Positions 61,022 to 64,000 of a DNA stretch of 64,000 nucleotides are shown piece by piece. The position numbers and the translations under genes are program-made. Under the pieces are notes generated by a model. That model was not told the origin of the DNA, made no database searches, and saw nothing but the letters and a program-made list of their open reading frames with translations. Within the stretch, counting starts at the first letter, position 1, and the number at the start of each line of letters is the position of its first letter. Origin of the DNA: Candidatus Thorarchaeota archaeon (GTDB lineage Archaea > Asgardarchaeota > Thorarchaeia > Thorarchaeales > Thorarchaeaceae); the NCBI GenBank assembly GCA_019057475.1, contig DXJO01000014.1, positions 1 through 64,000 on the forward strand, in the 5' to 3' direction.

Positions 61022-61947
61022 TGCACTGGGGTCTCGCGGTCAATGTCTACGATACTGTTCAGAGAATAGTAGAGAAATGTGTCATCGCAGACCAAGGAGG
61101 CATCGACTGGCTCTGGGTCACTGACTTTCCTGCAGTCAGGCATGCACCCTCTCTCGCAGCAGTAGTCGCAGAGAATGTGAAGAGAAGCCGCATTGGTGTG
61201 GGACTTGTTAGTCCTCTGTTGTACGGGCCAGAGCAAATTGTACAGTTCATGTCAACGCTCATTGACAACTACGGAGAACGGTTTGACTTGCTGATTGGGC
61301 CAGGTGATAGAACTCAACTCAGCAGAATAGGGGTCAAATATGGGAATATATCCACGCTAGTGACGAGGCTTGTCAGCGATGTGACCAAGATAAGAGATGA
61401 ACTTGATGAGAGGGGGTATGATGGCGTGCGTGTTTGGCTTGGAGCACAGGGGCCGAAGATGATAGCAGCCTCCATCAAAGCGGATGGCGTGTTACTCAAC
61501 TATACGGATCCAGAGATGCTGAGATGGGCATTAACCGTTCTTGGCGACATTCCAAAAGGGTTTCAGATCGGAGCCTTTCCGCCTGCGTTTATCGCAGTGA
61601 ACCCGGACTGCGGTAAAGAGTCTGGACTGCGCAAATCCGCGGCCACTGTTGCAATGGGATTGGGTCGATCAGTTTCGTTGGAGTTCGGACTGATGGACAC
61701 ACTCTCTGCGGCTAGAAGCTCTCTGCGACAGAAAAAAAGCGTAGATCGGGATGTAGTTGATGCCATTGATGAGGCAACATTGAAACGATTTGCTCTCTGC
61801 ACGACCCCAGAGGGGGCTTGTGACTATGTCAAAACCCTTGAGAGAATGGGGTTGGACATGGTCACCTTCGGACCGCCACAAGGAACTAGCCGCAAGCTAG
61901 TCAAGAACTTGGTTAAGACCAGAGAGCACTGGAACAATACTGCTTAG
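61018..61947 (+). CDS. Second LLM-class Mer-like oxidoreductase
   Basis: WVTD, GPGD, GAQGPKM, ADGVLLN, FGPP. Confidence 0.85.
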   Translation: MMHWGLAVNVYDTVQRIVEKCVIADQGGIDWLWVTDFPAVRHAPSLAAVVAENVKRSRIGVGLVSPLLYGPEQIVQFMSTLIDNYGERFDLLIGPGDRTQLSRIGVKYGNISTLVTRLVSDVTKIRDELDERGYDGVRVWLGAQGPKMIAASIKADGVLLNYTDPEMLRWALTVLGDIPKGFQIGAFPPAFIAVNPDCGKESGLRKSAATVAMGLGRSVSLEFGLMDTLSAARSSLRQKKSVDRDVVDAIDEATLKRFALCTTPEGACDYVKTLERMGLDMVTFGPPQGTSRKLVKNLVKTREHWNNTA

Positions 61948-61975
61948 ATCATCAGCCAAACTGCTAGCCAAGTGG

Positions 61976-63475
61976 TCAGTAGAGAGGCTCCGTATTGTCA
62001 TCAAGCAGATAGGCGCCAAGGTCAAGTTCTCTTGGAGGAACAGACCACTGATTCCTCCTGTGGTCCCAATAGTTTACCAGTTCATGCATGGCTCTTGTGC
62101 CCTTCTGAACGATCGTCATGATGGATTGTACTGAATTCACACCGGGTTCTTTCTCCAACGATCGAAATGCCTGGTAGTAGTCAACTTGCTGCTGACTGGG
62201 AACTTGAATCCAAACAAGTATTCCCTTGTTCGAAGTGTAGTGCATGACATTAGGGAGTGCCGGGAGAACGGATAGAATGCGTTTCTTCCACTCGTCATTG
62301 CACAAGATTTCAAAACAGAAGTTCGCAGACAAGCCCAGACCACCAAAGGTCATGAAAGGCAGCGCCACGTCTTTCGCATAGAATTTATGAATAAATTGAG
62401 AAACGCGTCTTGTATCAATGTCCCAACCTCTCATCCTCAGTCCTTGGGCCATGCTGCTTGGAGGTACACGTGCGCCCTTCCTGTATTCGTATGCCACCAG
62501 AAAATCCTCATATGTGAAACCCTTGCGAGGACCACCGCACTCTAGGTGTCGTATGGAACTCTCATCCTGCGGAAAACGACCGTCTTCGAACGCAGCTTTT
62601 ACGTCACTTGGGAACCCCCATACTCCGTTCTCATATAGAGAGAGGTTGAAGTGAGAACCCATTCCCTCTTGGATGTGTAGTTGCATATGGTCGAAGACAG
62701 TATCCCTCAGAGTCGCCACACTAGCACGAAACGCGGCTATGTTGCGATTGCCTCCAGGTATCAAGAAGGTGGCATACCCCATATCGGTCATTGTTGTCTT
62801 CACTAGACCATTTGTGAATGGAAAGGTGGCTAGGGCATTCTCAAACTGAAGCCAATCAGCATCTTGGACAACACTGAAGAAGAGAATGGCAGATTGTACA
62901 TCGAAAGCACTTGTATCCAGATGGCAGCTAAATCTCACAGCAAACTTCTCACCTAGGCGCTTCAGGGATCGAGCGACTGTTCTGGAGGATAGGCCCAGAT
63001 TCTCACCACTTGTCACAAGAGTTTCGAGCGGATGCTTTGAGAAGTATCGAAGAACACTGAGATCAGTGGGGTTGATTGGAACATCTTGAATAAGGAAAGC
63101 GAAGCTGAGGGCTGACTTTACTGCATCAGTCGTGACCAAGTTGTACTTACCAAGAGTCTTGATGTTCTCTAGCAGTCGCTGTTTGTATTCCTCATTGATT
63201 GGTAGAAGTGTGGGATCGATTGGGTTCTTTGTGTACTCGGGATGCGCCCTCAGTTCTCTTGCGGCAAGCGAAACATCGTCCAAGGACGTAGTGCCTGAAC
63301 AAAGTCCAAAGTATACCCTGATTACGTCCAAATAGAACGTGGTTGCAGACTCGTCAGTTAACGGAATTACATCGTCATAAGGCGTGGTGATACGGCGGAT
63401 GTTCTGCCTTGAATCCACATCTCTGGATGTCTTCTCTGCTCTGGAACGAAATTCCTTCAATCTCTTCAACGCCAT
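61976..63475 (-). CDS. Large Lrp/AsnC-like multi-wHTH protein
   Basis: DL.VL....LGLSSRTVARSLKRL followed by ferredoxin-like segments. Confidence 0.7.
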   Translation of the reverse strand: MALKRLKEFRSRAEKTSRDVDSRQNIRRITTPYDDVIPLTDESATTFYLDVIRVYFGLCSGTTSLDDVSLAARELRAHPEYTKNPIDPTLLPINEEYKQRLLENIKTLGKYNLVTTDAVKSALSFAFLIQDVPINPTDLSVLRYFSKHPLETLVTSGENLGLSSRTVARSLKRLGEKFAVRFSCHLDTSAFDVQSAILFFSVVQDADWLQFENALATFPFTNGLVKTTMTDMGYATFLIPGGNRNIAAFRASVATLRDTVFDHMQLHIQEGMGSHFNLSLYENGVWGFPSDVKAAFEDGRFPQDESSIRHLECGGPRKGFTYEDFLVAYEYRKGARVPPSSMAQGLRMRGWDIDTRRVSQFIHKFYAKDVALPFMTFGGLGLSANFCFEILCNDEWKKRILSVLPALPNVMHYTSNKGILVWIQVPSQQQVDYYQAFRSLEKEPGVNSVQSIMTIVQKGTRAMHELVNYWDHRRNQWSVPPRELDLGAYLLDDNTEPLY

Positions 63476-63504
63476 GACGATTTGTTTGCAGGTGAAATGT
63501 GTAG

Positions 63505-64000
63505 CTATTTGAAACTTGATAACATGCTCTCCAAGTCCTTTCTACTCTTTGAGGGTTCTGTTATGAAGGTGCATATGTCAGCCGTTCTACTCGCAAGATT
63601 AGAGAGAGAAGTTGACAAGGAGAACCAGTCTGCTGACTGGGGAAGCATCATATCTAAGACCGTGACGTTGGAACCTGACACGACGTGCACCTTCGGGAGA
63701 GTGCTGGCCTGGGCAAGCAGAAGTCGCGACATGGTTGAGTCAGAAGAGGGTTCATGCAGACAGATGACAACTCTCTGCGTCAAACCTACATCCTCCAAAC
63801 TTAGATAGGGGAGAGCAATCTCTGCGCGGAGCTGCAAAAGCTTCCGGCGAAGTGTGCGGCCAGATGATATCTTAGCAGCTCCAATACGTTTCATTCTCTG
63901 AGCCAATAGAACGGAGGTCGCATAGTAATTTTGCTCGAGTGACCATGCGATTATGATTTCCTCGAGTGTGCCATAGCCATCCTGTGTTTGCGCCTTGCCC
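63505..64000 (-). CDS. Partial CDS running off the window (wHTH/Lrp-like C-terminus)
   Basis: Frame stays open from 63906 to the window edge; S.RTLRRKL..L. Confidence 0.6.
   Translation of the reverse strand, partial: GKAQTQDGYGTLEEIIIAWSLEQNYYATSVLLAQRMKRIGAAKISSGRTLRRKLLQLRAEIALPYLSLEDVGLTQRVVICLHEPSSDSTMSRLLLAQASTLPKVHVVSGSNVTVLDMMLPQSADWFSLSTSLSNLASRTADICTFITEPSKSRKDLESMLSSFK

Overview
Gene-dense archaeal window. The gene content, the 23S sequence and the WD40/LRR/multi-wHTH proteins fit an Asgard archaeon, probably Thorarchaeia (inferred, not searched). The main feature is a stand-alone 23S rRNA gene on the minus strand (~47545-51078), with no adjacent 16S, 5S or tRNA. It has a canonical bulge-helix-bulge (BHB) processing stem and two different introns about 70 nt apart. 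One is a 429-nt group I intron with a Tetrahymena-type (IC1-like) P5abc domain in the peptidyl-transferase centre. The other is a 30-nt BHB/BHL-type micro-intron whose removal rebuilds the sarcin-ricin stem. Downstream of the rRNA (38-47.5 kb), five same-orientation degenerate copies of the 23S 3' end/trailer separate blocks of accessory genes, suggesting repeated gene capture at the rRNA 3' end. Other content: a reductive pyrimidine catabolism cluster lacking PreT, a short bacterial-type AlaRS, a bacterial-type RNase PH, a RuvC-less TnpB-like protein, a two-copy MITE-like element next to a truncated nitroreductase, peptidases, PiT/DUF47, ABC genes and F420/LLM genes. All calls are by eye; no database searches were run.
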